A DNA stretch of 64,000 nt from positions 1 through 64,000 of the IMG/VR virus record IMGVR_UViG_3300006028_000010. One strand, 5' to 3'. Shown here piece by piece: positions 9,139 to 19,008 of the stretch. The position numbers were made by a program, and so were the translations under genes. Under the pieces are notes generated by a model. That model did not search any database and was not told where the DNA came from. It saw only the letters and a list, made by a program, of their open reading frames with translations. Positions within the stretch are counted from its first letter, which is position 1. Each line of letters opens with the position of its first letter. Source of the DNA: a virus.

Positions 9139-9317
9139 TGCGCGTCGTGTTCGAGGACACCGAAACCGGGTGCACCGTCCACGCTGACATCGCACCCGCC
9201 GAACTGAAACGCCTCTCAGGTGTGCAACTCGCTGCGGCGCTTTTCCCGGACCCCACCACCACAGAAGTCACGACCATCAACGAGTTCCTCACCCGATATC
9301 AGGCGGGTGCGCCGTGA
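9138..9317 (+). CDS. hypothetical protein
   Basis: TGATG coupling. Confidence 0.5.
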   Translation: MRVVFEDTETGCTVHADIAPAELKRLSGVQLAAALFPDPTTTEVTTINEFLTRYQAGAP

Positions 9318-9478
9318 CCGCCGCCTACGAGCACGACGAGCGTGGCTTGTACCCGGCGGATGATCGGGTGGAAACGTTCGAAGACGTCGTGTATTTCGAC
9401 CGCTACTCGCCGGACCAAACCAGCCCCTACGCCTACTACATCGAACCACGCGACCGGTGGGACGAGGTGACCCGATGA
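9314..9478 (+). CDS. small acidic hypothetical protein (54 aa)
   Basis: GTGA and ATGA overlaps at both ends fill the gap exactly. Confidence 0.5.
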   Translation: MTAAYEHDERGLYPADDRVETFEDVVYFDRYSPDQTSPYAYYIEPRDRWDEVTR

Positions 9479-9987
9479 AAAACAACATCGACGTGCCGGA
9501 CCTCTCCCCGACCGGTTGCACGGTCCTCTTCAGCTACCTACCGGACACCGACGACAGCTTCCCCGTCGCCGTCAAATTAGTTTGGGATCCCTGTGATCCT
9601 CTCGCGGTGCGGCTGGGGTTCGCCCACGGAAACTGGTGGGCGGTGGGTCGCGACCTGCTGGAAGAGGGGTTGTCAACGGACGACGTCGCCGGGTTGGGTG
9701 ATGTCCGGATTTACCCGGACAGGGTTTTCGGCGATTCGGTGATTATTGAGTTCGACAGTCCCGACGGGTGGGCGGTTTTCCGCGCGCCTCGGGACCAGTT
9801 GACCGAGTTCCTGGCGGCAACAGCCCGGCCTGGGGTAGATCCGATGGACGCGTTGGACACGTGGCTTGAGCGGGAGGTACCCGCAGCGAGCCCCCACGGT
9901 TCCGTACCGAGCCTAAACGTTACTGGGATCGGCATAGGAATCGCTTTGATGCTTGCCGGTGTGACGCTTTGGGTGTTCCGTGACTGA
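9475..9987 (+). CDS. SsgA-like protein with C-terminal hydrophobic anchor
   Basis: WDPCDPLAVRL.F...W..GRDLL.EGL....GLGDVRIYP...SPDG.A...FLAAT; C-terminal GIGIGIALMLAGVTLWVF. Confidence 0.85.
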   Translation: MKNNIDVPDLSPTGCTVLFSYLPDTDDSFPVAVKLVWDPCDPLAVRLGFAHGNWWAVGRDLLEEGLSTDDVAGLGDVRIYPDRVFGDSVIIEFDSPDGWAVFRAPRDQLTEFLAATARPGVDPMDALDTWLEREVPAASPHGSVPSLNVTGIGIGIALMLAGVTLWVFRD

Positions 9988-10186
9988 TAGGGGGATCCCG
10001 GAGATGAGTTTCGCTGCTGCTCTTGAGTTGCTGCGTCGGGCGGAGCAGGAACTGATGGACACCACACCGGCCGGTAGCACGCAGCGGCACGCGAAAGACG
10101 CCGCCCTCGCCCACATCACCGACGCGTGCACCGCGCTACGCAAAGCCACCGACGAACCCCGCGCCAACAACGAGTGGGGGCGGTAA
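9980..10186 (+). CDS. hypothetical protein
   Basis: ORF within a tightly packed operon. Confidence 0.5.
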   Translation: MTDRGIPEMSFAAALELLRRAEQELMDTTPAGSTQRHAKDAALAHITDACTALRKATDEPRANNEWGR

Positions 10187-10190
10187 CAAG

Positions 10191-10604
10191 ATGTTCGGTA
10201 GAAAAACTCCGCAGCAGATCTGGGATGAGCAGCAAGAACTGAACCGGGACGCGTTCGAAACCCACAAGCACACCGTCCGACGCGCGAACCAACTCAGCCG
10301 ACTAGGTATCAGCGAATGGTACATAGCCGGTGCTGGTACCCGATCCAGGGAAACATCACACGCTGAAGCCCGGGACCTCCAGTGGATGCTGGACCGCGCT
10401 GAACGGTGCCCGAACAATCCCCACAACGGCGCACAGTACAAGCCACCGACCTGGTGCGGCGGGATGGAAATCCGGGAAGACCGGCGCGGACCCGGGTGGC
10501 GATACGTCGAAGACCAGCGGGAGATCGAGGCGCGGGAATCCGCGATCGATCCTCTAACCAAACCGAACGTCGACGCGATCCACGAACAATTGGAGAGGCA
10601 ATGA
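10191..10604 (+). CDS. hypothetical protein
   Basis: 137-aa ORF in operon; ATGA coupled to the next ORF. Confidence 0.6.
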   Translation: MFGRKTPQQIWDEQQELNRDAFETHKHTVRRANQLSRLGISEWYIAGAGTRSRETSHAEARDLQWMLDRAERCPNNPHNGAQYKPPTWCGGMEIREDRRGPGWRYVEDQREIEARESAIDPLTKPNVDAIHEQLERQ

Positions 10605-10774
10605 GCACATACCGGTGCGATATGGGCTGGTCAGATACCGGCGGCTTTGAGCACGGGTGCCGAAACGAGGCGACCACTCAATTTGGTCTCGCTAGCCTGT
10701 GCGAACCCTGCGCTGATGACCATCGGGCGATTGCGCAGAAGCGAGAACAAGAGCAACGGGAGATGGGCCTGTGA
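10601..10774 (+). CDS. small Cys-containing hypothetical protein
   Basis: MSTYRCD...GC...LCEPC; coupled at both ends. Confidence 0.5.
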   Translation: MSTYRCDMGWSDTGGFEHGCRNEATTQFGLASLCEPCADDHRAIAQKREQEQREMGL

Positions 10775-12660
10775 AACTGTTCGATAATATACGTGCGCGC
10801 CACGAACTGAACACCGCGTTCGGGCAGCTGGACATTTACTGGCATGAGGTTCGCGGCACCGACCGGGACACCCCCGAGGTCAGGGCCGCGGTCATGCAAC
10901 GCTGCGACGAGGCGGTACGCAGCGCGCCAACGTCTTGGGCGCTGGACAGTGTGCACGATCACCTCGCCGACCCGAACGATGAACGGCGCAGTATGGAACA
11001 CGACGAATACATCTGCGCCTGGGAGAAACTACAACTCGAACTAGCCGAAGAAGCGATCGAGGATGAGCTAGACGAAACGGATCCGCTTCTCCGCGAGGAC
11101 GAAGAGGCTGCGTACGAAAAGCTCGCGCCCGCGCAGGATGCGTTTGATCAGCGGTGGCCGTACGCGAAAGAAGCCGACGAGGCAAACCGCCGCGGGTGGG
11201 ACCCCGTTGAGCTCAACAACCGCGAAGGCGACGCGGAACTAGGGACCGATGCGCCGGTTGATGAACTCCCAGCGGACGAGCCGGAGGTTGCTGAAGAGTC
11301 AGTCACGGCAGCGCCCACGCAGTACCTCGGGTACGCCGATGGTGAGCTGGTGCGGGACGTACGGTCCGGTGTTACGGGTCGTGTCCGGGTCCGTGACGAC
11401 GAAGAAATCGGCCGGTATGCCGAGGTCCGGTGGGACGGCGTAGCCGTCAGCGACCAGCTCGAGGTCGCTATCGACAACGGCCCGGAACGCGAGCCGGATC
11501 CTTCGGTTGGTGTACCGGACACTGAACTGGGCCACGAGCTAGACGACGTGGCTGGCGTCGCTGGCGCTAATGAAGCCGAACTTGACGATGACAGGTCTGC
11601 CGAATACCGCGATGACATCAACACCGTAGTTGAAGGGCTCCGTGCTCGCGGTCGCCATGAGGAAGCCCAGATATGGCGCGACGGCGCCGATGAGTTCCTG
11701 GCTGGTCGCACCGGTAGCCATAACTGGCACTCGGCTAAGGAGCTGCTGCACGAGTTCGATCAGGATCCGGCGCCGACGTCGACCACGCCCGAGTTGGGGA
11801 TTGACGACGCGGAGCTCGTGGTCGAACCCGACGGGCTGGCGGAGCCGGAACCAACCACCGACGAAGCAACCGAGCCCACACCCGCCGCGCCCGTGGCGCT
11901 TGAGGTTGCTGAGCCGGAGCTGGTGGCCAGCGAGCAGGAACCAACCGGGCCGGCCAGTCAGGTGGCGCTGACCGAACCCGAGCTGGTGGCTGGTGAGCAA
12001 GAGCTACCCGAACTGGGTCAGCCTGTCGCCGTTGCAACGGCCGAACCAGAACTCGTCGCCAACGAACAGGAACTAGCCGCCCCCACTGCTGACGCTGAAC
12101 TAGAAGCCGACGCCACGCCCCCGAGCGGCGCTGAGGTTGTCGCTGAGCAGGAACAGTCCACCCTGACGGTTGCCGAGCCGGAGCTGACGGTTGACGAGCC
12201 CGGCGCCCCGGATGATGAGGTCAAAACCGACCCCGAGCCGGAGCCGGAGCCCGGGCCGGAGCAGCCGTCGTCGTGGTGGCAATCCAAGACCGCGACCGCC
12301 AAGACCTGGCTAGACAACAAAGCCGCCGTGGTCCGGGGCCGGATACAAGACAAAGCCCAATTCGCCAAGGCGTGGATCAGTGAGCTACGCAGCGGGCGGC
12401 ACCGCCAGTGCCACGGCGCGTGGGAAGAATCCAGCCCGTTCGGCGGTGTCAGCGAATGCACCATCCAAGTCGCGAAAAACGAGTTCGGCGTGTCCCTGGA
12501 TGAGATCCAACGAACCTTCGGGCACGGGCTTGTGAACGACGTTCTTTACCAAAACGACGTTGAAGGAAAGTCGTACCGCCACATCTCGGACTTCATGGAG
12601 GACACCCTATTGAAGGGCCGTCGCCGGGAGTTAGACGGCAGCAAGGAAATCGAATTGTGA
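10771..12660 (+). CDS. large, highly acidic protein with AEPELVA.EQE repeats
   Basis: 629-aa Asp/Glu-rich ORF; GTGA coupled to the coupling-protein gene. Confidence 0.75.
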   Translation: MKLFDNIRARHELNTAFGQLDIYWHEVRGTDRDTPEVRAAVMQRCDEAVRSAPTSWALDSVHDHLADPNDERRSMEHDEYICAWEKLQLELAEEAIEDELDETDPLLREDEEAAYEKLAPAQDAFDQRWPYAKEADEANRRGWDPVELNNREGDAELGTDAPVDELPADEPEVAEESVTAAPTQYLGYADGELVRDVRSGVTGRVRVRDDEEIGRYAEVRWDGVAVSDQLEVAIDNGPEREPDPSVGVPDTELGHELDDVAGVAGANEAELDDDRSAEYRDDINTVVEGLRARGRHEEAQIWRDGADEFLAGRTGSHNWHSAKELLHEFDQDPAPTSTTPELGIDDAELVVEPDGLAEPEPTTDEATEPTPAAPVALEVAEPELVASEQEPTGPASQVALTEPELVAGEQELPELGQPVAVATAEPELVANEQELAAPTADAELEADATPPSGAEVVAEQEQSTLTVAEPELTVDEPGAPDDEVKTDPEPEPEPGPEQPSSWWQSKTATAKTWLDNKAAVVRGRIQDKAQFAKAWISELRSGRHRQCHGAWEESSPFGGVSECTIQVAKNEFGVSLDEIQRTFGHGLVNDVLYQNDVEGKSYRHISDFMEDTLLKGRRRELDGSKEIEL

Positions 12661-14330
12661 CTAAACACAAACAGATAGCGGTCGGCGCTGGGGTGGTGGC
12701 CTGCGTCGCCCTGGTCGGGTGGTTCACCGCCCCGGTCCTCACCGTCATCGTGAGCGCGCTGCTCACCCTCACCACCGTGTACGGCGCCTGGTGGCGGCGC
12801 CGTCGCGCTGGTTCCGCCGCGCTGGTGGCCCGGTGGACGGACAAAGCGAAGAAACACCACGGGGTCGCGAACTACTGGACGATCCTGCGGGTCTCCTCCT
12901 GGTGGTCGCTACGACGCCGGGCCCGCGTCCTACGCCCCTCCCTGCGTGGCCAAACGTGGTGGGCCAGATGGCGACAAACCCCCATCACCCAACTCGGCAC
13001 CCGCGTCATCCGCTCCGGGTGGCTATGGGTCATGTCCAGCGTGGAAGAGCACAGCATCACACTCGGAGGACCCCGCCAGGGCAAGAGTGGACGCCTCGCC
13101 AACACGATCCTCGACGCCCCCGGCGCGGTGCTCGTCACGTCGACTGGCAGCGACCTCGTGCGCAACACCGCTGATCTACGCGCGAAGCTAGGCCCGGTTC
13201 ACATCTTCAACCCATCCAACATCGGCGGCTTAGCATCCACCCTCGGTTTCAACATTCTCGGTGGCTGCGAAAACCCCCGGACCGCCAGCGAACGAGCCGC
13301 TGACCTTCTCTCAGCCACACCCCTAGCGCAGGGCCATAAAGAGCAAGAGTGGGTTGAGCGCGCCACCGAAGCGTTGTCCGCGTTCATGCACGCCGCCGCG
13401 ATCGGCGGGGCCACCATGCACCACGTCCAACGCTGGGTCGCCGACCCCGATGCGGCGATCGAACCGGTACTCGGCATCCTGCGGAACTCGCCGGAACCCG
13501 CGATCGCGCACCAGGCGTTGCAGTTCTTCAAACTCGGCCGCCCACAAAGCTCCGTGTGTATGACGATCACTCCCGCGCTTCGGTGGCTCGCCGACCCGGT
13601 CACCGTCGCCACCGTCACCACCGGTCACTTCGACGTCGCACAATTCCTCGAGCAGCGGGGCACGATCTACCTCCTCGCGGAGAAAGACGGCCCCATCGCC
13701 CCGCTGATCACCGCGTTCGCTGGTCACATCACCCGAACCGCGCGACGTCTCGCCGATCAGCAACCATTTGAGCGGCTCGAGCCGGCATTCACGATGGTCC
13801 CCGACGAGGCCGTTTCCATCTGCCCACTGCCCATCCCATCGTGGAGCGCCGATCTAGGCAAACGGAACATCACCATGCACATCGGCGCCCAATCATTTTC
13901 CCAACTTCAGGACCGCTGGGGCGAGAAAGGCGCGGGCACGTTACTGACGAACTGCGCCACGATCATGGTGTTCGGTGGCACGAAAGACCCCGCAGGGCTC
14001 AACGCGTTCTCCACCCTGGCTGGTGGCCTGTTGACCCCCGCGCAGATTCAGCAGTTGCCGCCGTTGCATGCGGTGGTGTTCCGCAACGGCATGCTCCCGG
14101 TCGTGGGGCGCCCGCAGATGGTGTGGCAACGCCCGGACCACAAAGCAGCGGCCAGCAAAGCCGTGTGGGACACGCGGCTCGCACGAATCAGCGCCATCTG
14201 CCGCGCACCATTCCGGCTAGCCCTCACACCACGCCGCACCCCGGTCCGCCAGCCCATGGCCGCGCTACCCCCCGGTGGGGCCGCGATGCGGGAACACGCG
14301 CAACTCCTCGAACAACACGGACTCAAATAA
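12657..14330 (+). CDS. VirD4/TraG-like type IV coupling protein
   Basis: N-terminal TM helices; GGPRQGKS Walker A, DAPGAVLVTST, FNP, DEA Walker B, QSFSQLQDRWG. Confidence 0.85.
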   Translation: MTKHKQIAVGAGVVACVALVGWFTAPVLTVIVSALLTLTTVYGAWWRRRRAGSAALVARWTDKAKKHHGVANYWTILRVSSWWSLRRRARVLRPSLRGQTWWARWRQTPITQLGTRVIRSGWLWVMSSVEEHSITLGGPRQGKSGRLANTILDAPGAVLVTSTGSDLVRNTADLRAKLGPVHIFNPSNIGGLASTLGFNILGGCENPRTASERAADLLSATPLAQGHKEQEWVERATEALSAFMHAAAIGGATMHHVQRWVADPDAAIEPVLGILRNSPEPAIAHQALQFFKLGRPQSSVCMTITPALRWLADPVTVATVTTGHFDVAQFLEQRGTIYLLAEKDGPIAPLITAFAGHITRTARRLADQQPFERLEPAFTMVPDEAVSICPLPIPSWSADLGKRNITMHIGAQSFSQLQDRWGEKGAGTLLTNCATIMVFGGTKDPAGLNAFSTLAGGLLTPAQIQQLPPLHAVVFRNGMLPVVGRPQMVWQRPDHKAAASKAVWDTRLARISAICRAPFRLALTPRRTPVRQPMAALPPGGAAMREHAQLLEQHGLK

Positions 14331-14348
14331 CCAACGGGAGCTAATCCG

Positions 14349-14657
14349 ATGTCTTTTATGACCGGGCTGTATTTGTTCGGTGTGGTGGTCGTGTTCATGG
14401 TGGGGTTCGCGGTGGGGTACGCGGCGCGCAGGGACGACACCCGCGGCTGGTACGAGAGTGGTTACCAGCCGGAACCGGTACCACAAATCGCCGCCCCCAT
14501 CCCCGCCGTAGCCGAACGGGTCCTACCCCCGCAGCAGCCGCCGGCGGTGGTGAACGTGTGGGTCGCCAGCCCGCAACTACCCCAGCCGAATCCGTACGCG
14601 CGGCTCGAGCCACCCATAGACCTCGACGCGCTCCAACTACCGAGGGGCACGCAGTGA
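14349..14657 (+). CDS. membrane-anchored Pro-rich protein
   Basis: N-terminal TM helix, GGGAG RBS. Confidence 0.6.
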   Translation: MSFMTGLYLFGVVVVFMVGFAVGYAARRDDTRGWYESGYQPEPVPQIAAPIPAVAERVLPPQQPPAVVNVWVASPQLPQPNPYARLEPPIDLDALQLPRGTQ

Positions 14658-14784
14658 TCCACGGTCAGGGCAAAAACACTGAGCAGCTCGCCCGGATGCA
14701 TGAACTCATGACCACAAAAGTCAAACTCGTAAGGGTTGATCCCCCCGCGCTCGGACCCAATGTCACCGACCCTAAGCGCGGGCT

Positions 14785-15654
14785 ATGACCGCAGCCGTCC
14801 ACGAACGCACCCCGGCCGCTATCGACACGGCCGGGGTCTCACACGTTGTCCTCACCGGACTATGGGCCGACGCGGCGCTCGTCATGGCCGCATCCGCCTG
14901 GAACGGCGGCCGAGCAGCCCAAGCCCTCGGCGACCCCTTCTGGTGGGGCTTCATGCTCGGCATAGCCGTCGACGTCGGCCTCGCCACCGCCCTCGCCGGC
15001 GACCGGTCCCTCTACCAACTCGGACGACGAGAACCATGGGGCCGCGCCGTCCGCATCGTCACCGCCCTCATGTCCCTCGGCCTCAACTGCGCCTACCCAA
15101 TCTGGGCTGGGCAAGTTGGGCTCGTCCTGTTCCACGCGTTCCTACCAGTCCTGCTTGTCCTGCTCTCCGAGTACGCGCAAAGCCTCACGCTGCACTTCAA
15201 CACAATCGCGGCGGAACAGGTAGCGGCGGTGAAAGCCGACTGGGACGCGAACCACACCGCCGCTCAAGCAGCAGCCGATAGCGCCGCTGAGGCCGCGCGG
15301 ATACGCCAAGAACGCGACGACGCCCGCGTGGAAACCGCCCGACTCCAACGGGAAATAACCCGGCTCAGTGCTGACCTCGAATCGCAGATCACCGCCACAC
15401 GAACCGCCCAGACACAAACCCCACCACCACCTGCAACACCCACCCAACCACCCACCACCCGGCCAACACACAAACAACCCGCAGACCGCGAAACCAGACG
15501 GCAATGGGTCCGAGACCAACGCGCCCACGGAACAACACCCACCGGCGCCGACGTCGACAAACGATTCGGACCACCCCGCAACGGCGCCGCCGTCATCCGA
15601 GAAGTCCTCGCAGAGGAGAAGAACAGGTTGCACGTGGTTGGAGGAAAACGGTGA
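14785..15654 (+). CDS. Spd-like (DUF2637-type) membrane protein with coiled coil and putative C-terminal DNA-binding region
   Basis: About 4 TM helices with a VD motif, coiled coil and Pro/Thr linker; directly upstream of the traB-like gene. Confidence 0.65.
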   Translation: MTAAVHERTPAAIDTAGVSHVVLTGLWADAALVMAASAWNGGRAAQALGDPFWWGFMLGIAVDVGLATALAGDRSLYQLGRREPWGRAVRIVTALMSLGLNCAYPIWAGQVGLVLFHAFLPVLLVLLSEYAQSLTLHFNTIAAEQVAAVKADWDANHTAAQAAADSAAEAARIRQERDDARVETARLQREITRLSADLESQITATRTAQTQTPPPPATPTQPPTTRPTHKQPADRETRRQWVRDQRAHGTTPTGADVDKRFGPPRNGAAVIREVLAEEKNRLHVVGGKR

Positions 15655-17837
15655 CAGACGGTCCCGGCAAGGGTGCTGACATTCTGCGGCTCCCCGTGCG
15701 CAAAGACGCGGGGGGTGACTCGTCACCAGCTGAACCATCAACCTCTGATCTTGACCTGAGGGACACCAGCTTCGAGATCGCCCTCGACGATGCACCCATC
15801 GGCCGACCGGTACCGGTGGATTCGGAACCAAGCAAAGATCCGGTATTCAAACCGGTCATCCCAGAGCACCTACAGACCTGGGTTGGTGTCAAGAGGACCG
15901 CGGTCCGGTTCACGGGCCGGCAGTGGCACAGGGTCAAGGTGCATTCGGTTCGCTCACCGGCGTATGCGTTCTGGGCGGTCATCTACGCGTTTGTGGGCGC
16001 ATACAAAGCCGCCAAGGCGCTGGGCCAGTGGTGTTTTCTGGCCGAAGCTGCCCCGCTGCGCAAACACGCCGCGCAGAACAATCACCACAAGGAATACCTA
16101 GAGCTGCACAAGACCGGGCAAGCCACGGCCTCAGGGCGCGTCAAGCGAACATTATTCGCGGTCGTGTGCCTCATCGCCGCGCTCGCCGCGTTGTTTTTCC
16201 TCGCGCCGTGGTGGATCTGGATTGCCATCAGCGTCTGCCTCATCCTCCTGTTGGCCCACTATGGGAGACCCGCTGACAGGCCAATCGTCAACGCGGCGGT
16301 GGTGACACCACAGTTCCGTAAGCTCAACGCCGATACCGTGCTCCGCGCCTACTACGCCGCCGGGCTGGGCAACGCGGACAAGCCGGACCAGCAAATCAAG
16401 TTCGGATCCACGATGAGCCGCAACCACAACAACACCGGCTCAAAAGTCCTCGTGTGGCTACCCTACGGGAAAGGGTTCGACGACGCCCTCAAAAACAAAG
16501 GAGCCATCGCCAGTGGCCTGGATGTGGCCACCTCACAGGTGTACCTCACCAAACACAAAGACTCGCACCGCGGGCATTGGCTGTTCGTGACTGACGTGGA
16601 CCCGTTGTCCATCCCCGCTGGGCGCACACCACTACTGGACGGGAAGCGGCGGGACATTTGGCGGCCCGCGCCCCTCGGATTAGATGAGCACGCTAACAAG
16701 GTTGCGTTCCCGCTCGTGTTCTGGTCCATGTTGTTCGGGGCGCCACCGAGGAAGGGTAAGAGCTACTCGGCGCGGCTCCTAGCCCTCTACTCCGCGCTAG
16801 ACCCCTATGTGCGGCTGTCGGTGTTCGACGGTAAAGGCTCACCCGACTGGCGCATGTTCGCCGCTGTCGCACACACCTACGGGTTCGGTCTCCTACCGGA
16901 CCGGAAGCAGGGTGACCCGGTGCAGAACCTGCTCGCCACTCTCCGGTCCGGGAAACGCGAGATCCAGGAACGGAACCAGCGCCTATCCGACCTACCGACC
17001 AATGTGTGCCCAGAAGGGAAACTGACTCGGGAGATCGCCCGGAACAAGGCATACAAGATGCCCGTGTGGGTGCTCGTGTTCGACGAGATCCAAGAGTTCC
17101 TGACCCTGGAAGACAAAGCTGTCGCACTGGAGATCGCCCGACTGCTGGTGTCCATCATCAAAGTCGGCCCATCGGTGGGTGTCATCCCCATCACCGCGAC
17201 ACAACGACCAAGCGGTATCGGCTCCGAAGGGAACGTGCAAAAGTTGTTCACCGACTTCCGCGACAACCACCTCATCCGATTCGCGCTCAAGAGCCCGTCG
17301 TGGCAGTTCTCTGACCTTGTACTCGGGGCCGGTGCACACACAGAGGGATACGACGCGGCCACGCTCCCCGTCGGGGACGAATACCGGGGGGTCGGGATCC
17401 TCTACAACGCCCCCGTCGACAACTGCACCGTCCGCTGTTACCTCGCCGATAATGAGGACGCGGAGAAGATCCTGCTTGCCGCGCGGAGGCATCGTGAGGC
17501 GTGTGGAACTTTGGATGGGATGGCCGCCGGTGAAGCTGTTGCGATCCAGCCCCGCGATCCGCTGGCGGACACGCTTGACGTTTTCCAGCTGGGGGAGAAC
17601 TGGCTTTCCTGGACTGAGATCGCGTCGCGTTTAGCGGAGCAGTTACCGGAGCAGTACGCGCAGATAACAGGCCGCGCGATCGGCGACACGTTACGCGGGA
17701 TGAACCTTGGTATTGAGAACTCTGACGGACGCGTACCCAAGTGCGACGAGGTGCCCTCCGGTGTCACGTCCGGCGTCAAGCGGGCAGTGCTGGAGCGGGC
17801 CATAGCGCGACGGGACCGCGAGGAGGTGCGGCCGTGA
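15651..17837 (+). CDS. traB: FtsK/SpoIIIE-family conjugal DNA translocase (TraB-like)
   Basis: TM region; GAPPRKGKS Walker A; FDGKG; LVFDEIQE Walker B; ATQRP; probable C-terminal wHTH (SWTEIASRL). Confidence 0.85.
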   Translation: MTDGPGKGADILRLPVRKDAGGDSSPAEPSTSDLDLRDTSFEIALDDAPIGRPVPVDSEPSKDPVFKPVIPEHLQTWVGVKRTAVRFTGRQWHRVKVHSVRSPAYAFWAVIYAFVGAYKAAKALGQWCFLAEAAPLRKHAAQNNHHKEYLELHKTGQATASGRVKRTLFAVVCLIAALAALFFLAPWWIWIAISVCLILLLAHYGRPADRPIVNAAVVTPQFRKLNADTVLRAYYAAGLGNADKPDQQIKFGSTMSRNHNNTGSKVLVWLPYGKGFDDALKNKGAIASGLDVATSQVYLTKHKDSHRGHWLFVTDVDPLSIPAGRTPLLDGKRRDIWRPAPLGLDEHANKVAFPLVFWSMLFGAPPRKGKSYSARLLALYSALDPYVRLSVFDGKGSPDWRMFAAVAHTYGFGLLPDRKQGDPVQNLLATLRSGKREIQERNQRLSDLPTNVCPEGKLTREIARNKAYKMPVWVLVFDEIQEFLTLEDKAVALEIARLLVSIIKVGPSVGVIPITATQRPSGIGSEGNVQKLFTDFRDNHLIRFALKSPSWQFSDLVLGAGAHTEGYDAATLPVGDEYRGVGILYNAPVDNCTVRCYLADNEDAEKILLAARRHREACGTLDGMAAGEAVAIQPRDPLADTLDVFQLGENWLSWTEIASRLAEQLPEQYAQITGRAIGDTLRGMNLGIENSDGRVPKCDEVPSGVTSGVKRAVLERAIARRDREEVRP

Positions 17838-17890
17838 ACGCAGCACGCGTAGGCCCAGTCGCCGCGAGCCGGGATCTGGCTCAACACGCC

Positions 17891-18095
17891 ACCTACCATG
17901 ATCCTCACAGCGGGGACCTGCGACCTACACCTGACAGTAACCGCAGGTCACGCCGCTTCCCTCGTGTAGGTTCTCGTGAAGGTCAGCACCTACGTGTAGG
18001 TCGGCCGAACCTACAGAAACGATCGCATCCGGGGTGCTGTCGCATCACCCGTCGCACCGAACAGACAGCGATGCGATGCGCCGCGCGACCGCGAC
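17891..18095. repeat. clt-like cluster of short direct and inverted repeats downstream of traB
   Basis: ACCTAC(AC)/(GT)GTAGGT at 17891, 17923, 17964, 17988, 17994 and 18009, variant at 17976; then several TCGCA/TGCGA units. Confidence 0.55.
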
Positions 18096-18294
18096 AAGAG
18101 CGCTCGTCGTGACGCGCGACGACGGGACCGGGCCGCGTGGTTTGACGCGTCGCCAGTTCCTTGAAGACGTGCTCGACGTGATGAGTGACGCAGACCGGAT
18201 CTACCACCTTGACGCGGACGGAAACGAGGTTGTTGTCGCCACCCGGCTCGATATTCTCACGATGCTCGCGGCTGAAATGGGTGATGGCTCATGA
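18076..18294 (+). CDS. hypothetical protein
   Basis: ATGA coupled to the next gene; start uncertain. Confidence 0.45.
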   Translation: MRRATATRALVVTRDDGTGPRGLTRRQFLEDVLDVMSDADRIYHLDADGNEVVVATRLDILTMLAAEMGDGS

Positions 18295-18566
18295 ACATGC
18301 CTATGACGGTCGCGGTTGTCGCTGTCGTGTTCTTCTGGCTCGGTGGGCGGCGTGACGTTGCGCTGGAGATAGCCGCGCTGGCGGCGGTTGTGTACTTCGC
18401 TCAGGTGTTTGTGTTCCACCTGATTACATGCAGCCGGTGTGGCGGTAAAGGGAAGCTGGAGAATCCGTTCGGGGCGGGGCATCGGCCGTGTAAGAAGTGT
18501 GGGCGTAAGGGTGAGCATGTGCGGTGGGGGCGTCGTATGTGGGATAAACGAGTGACAGGAGATTGA
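18291..18566 (+). CDS. membrane protein with DnaJ-type CxxCxGxG zinc finger
   Basis: Two TM segments; CSRCGGKG...CKKCGRKG. Confidence 0.7.
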   Translation: MNMPMTVAVVAVVFFWLGGRRDVALEIAALAAVVYFAQVFVFHLITCSRCGGKGKLENPFGAGHRPCKKCGRKGEHVRWGRRMWDKRVTGD

Positions 18567-18922
18567 GGATGGTTCGTAAGCTGATGATGTTGGTGGTTGG
18601 TGTTGGTGCGGTGTTTTTGTTGGTGTCGGCGTGTGATGTGTTGGGTTCGGGTTCGGCGCCGCAGCAGCAGCAACAGGAACACACCACGGTGGTCACGACA
18701 GGTGACAGCTCGGCGTTGTATGTGTTGTTGACGTTGGCGATTGTTGGGGTGGTGGGGTTGGTGTGGTATGCGATGAATCAGAGGGTGGAGCGGGTGTTGG
18801 ACCGGGTGGAGTATCGGGAGTTGTTGTTGGCGGGGCGGGAGCGGCCTGAGTTGAATGGGGAGCCGTATGTGCCTGCGTCGTCGCGGTTGGACGTGGGGGA
18901 TCATCGGCGGATGCTGCGGTAA
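18563..18922 (+). CDS. membrane or lipoprotein-like protein
   Basis: Signal-like N-terminus ending LVSAC, plus a second TM helix. Confidence 0.6.
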   Translation: MRMVRKLMMLVVGVGAVFLLVSACDVLGSGSAPQQQQQEHTTVVTTGDSSALYVLLTLAIVGVVGLVWYAMNQRVERVLDRVEYRELLLAGRERPELNGEPYVPASSRLDVGDHRRMLR

Positions 18923-19008
18923 CGGTTCACCCGATTAGCCCCTAGCTGTGTCGGATCCCCACACATACGATTGGTGTTACAAGAACAACACTAGTCGGGG
19001 AGCCGAAG

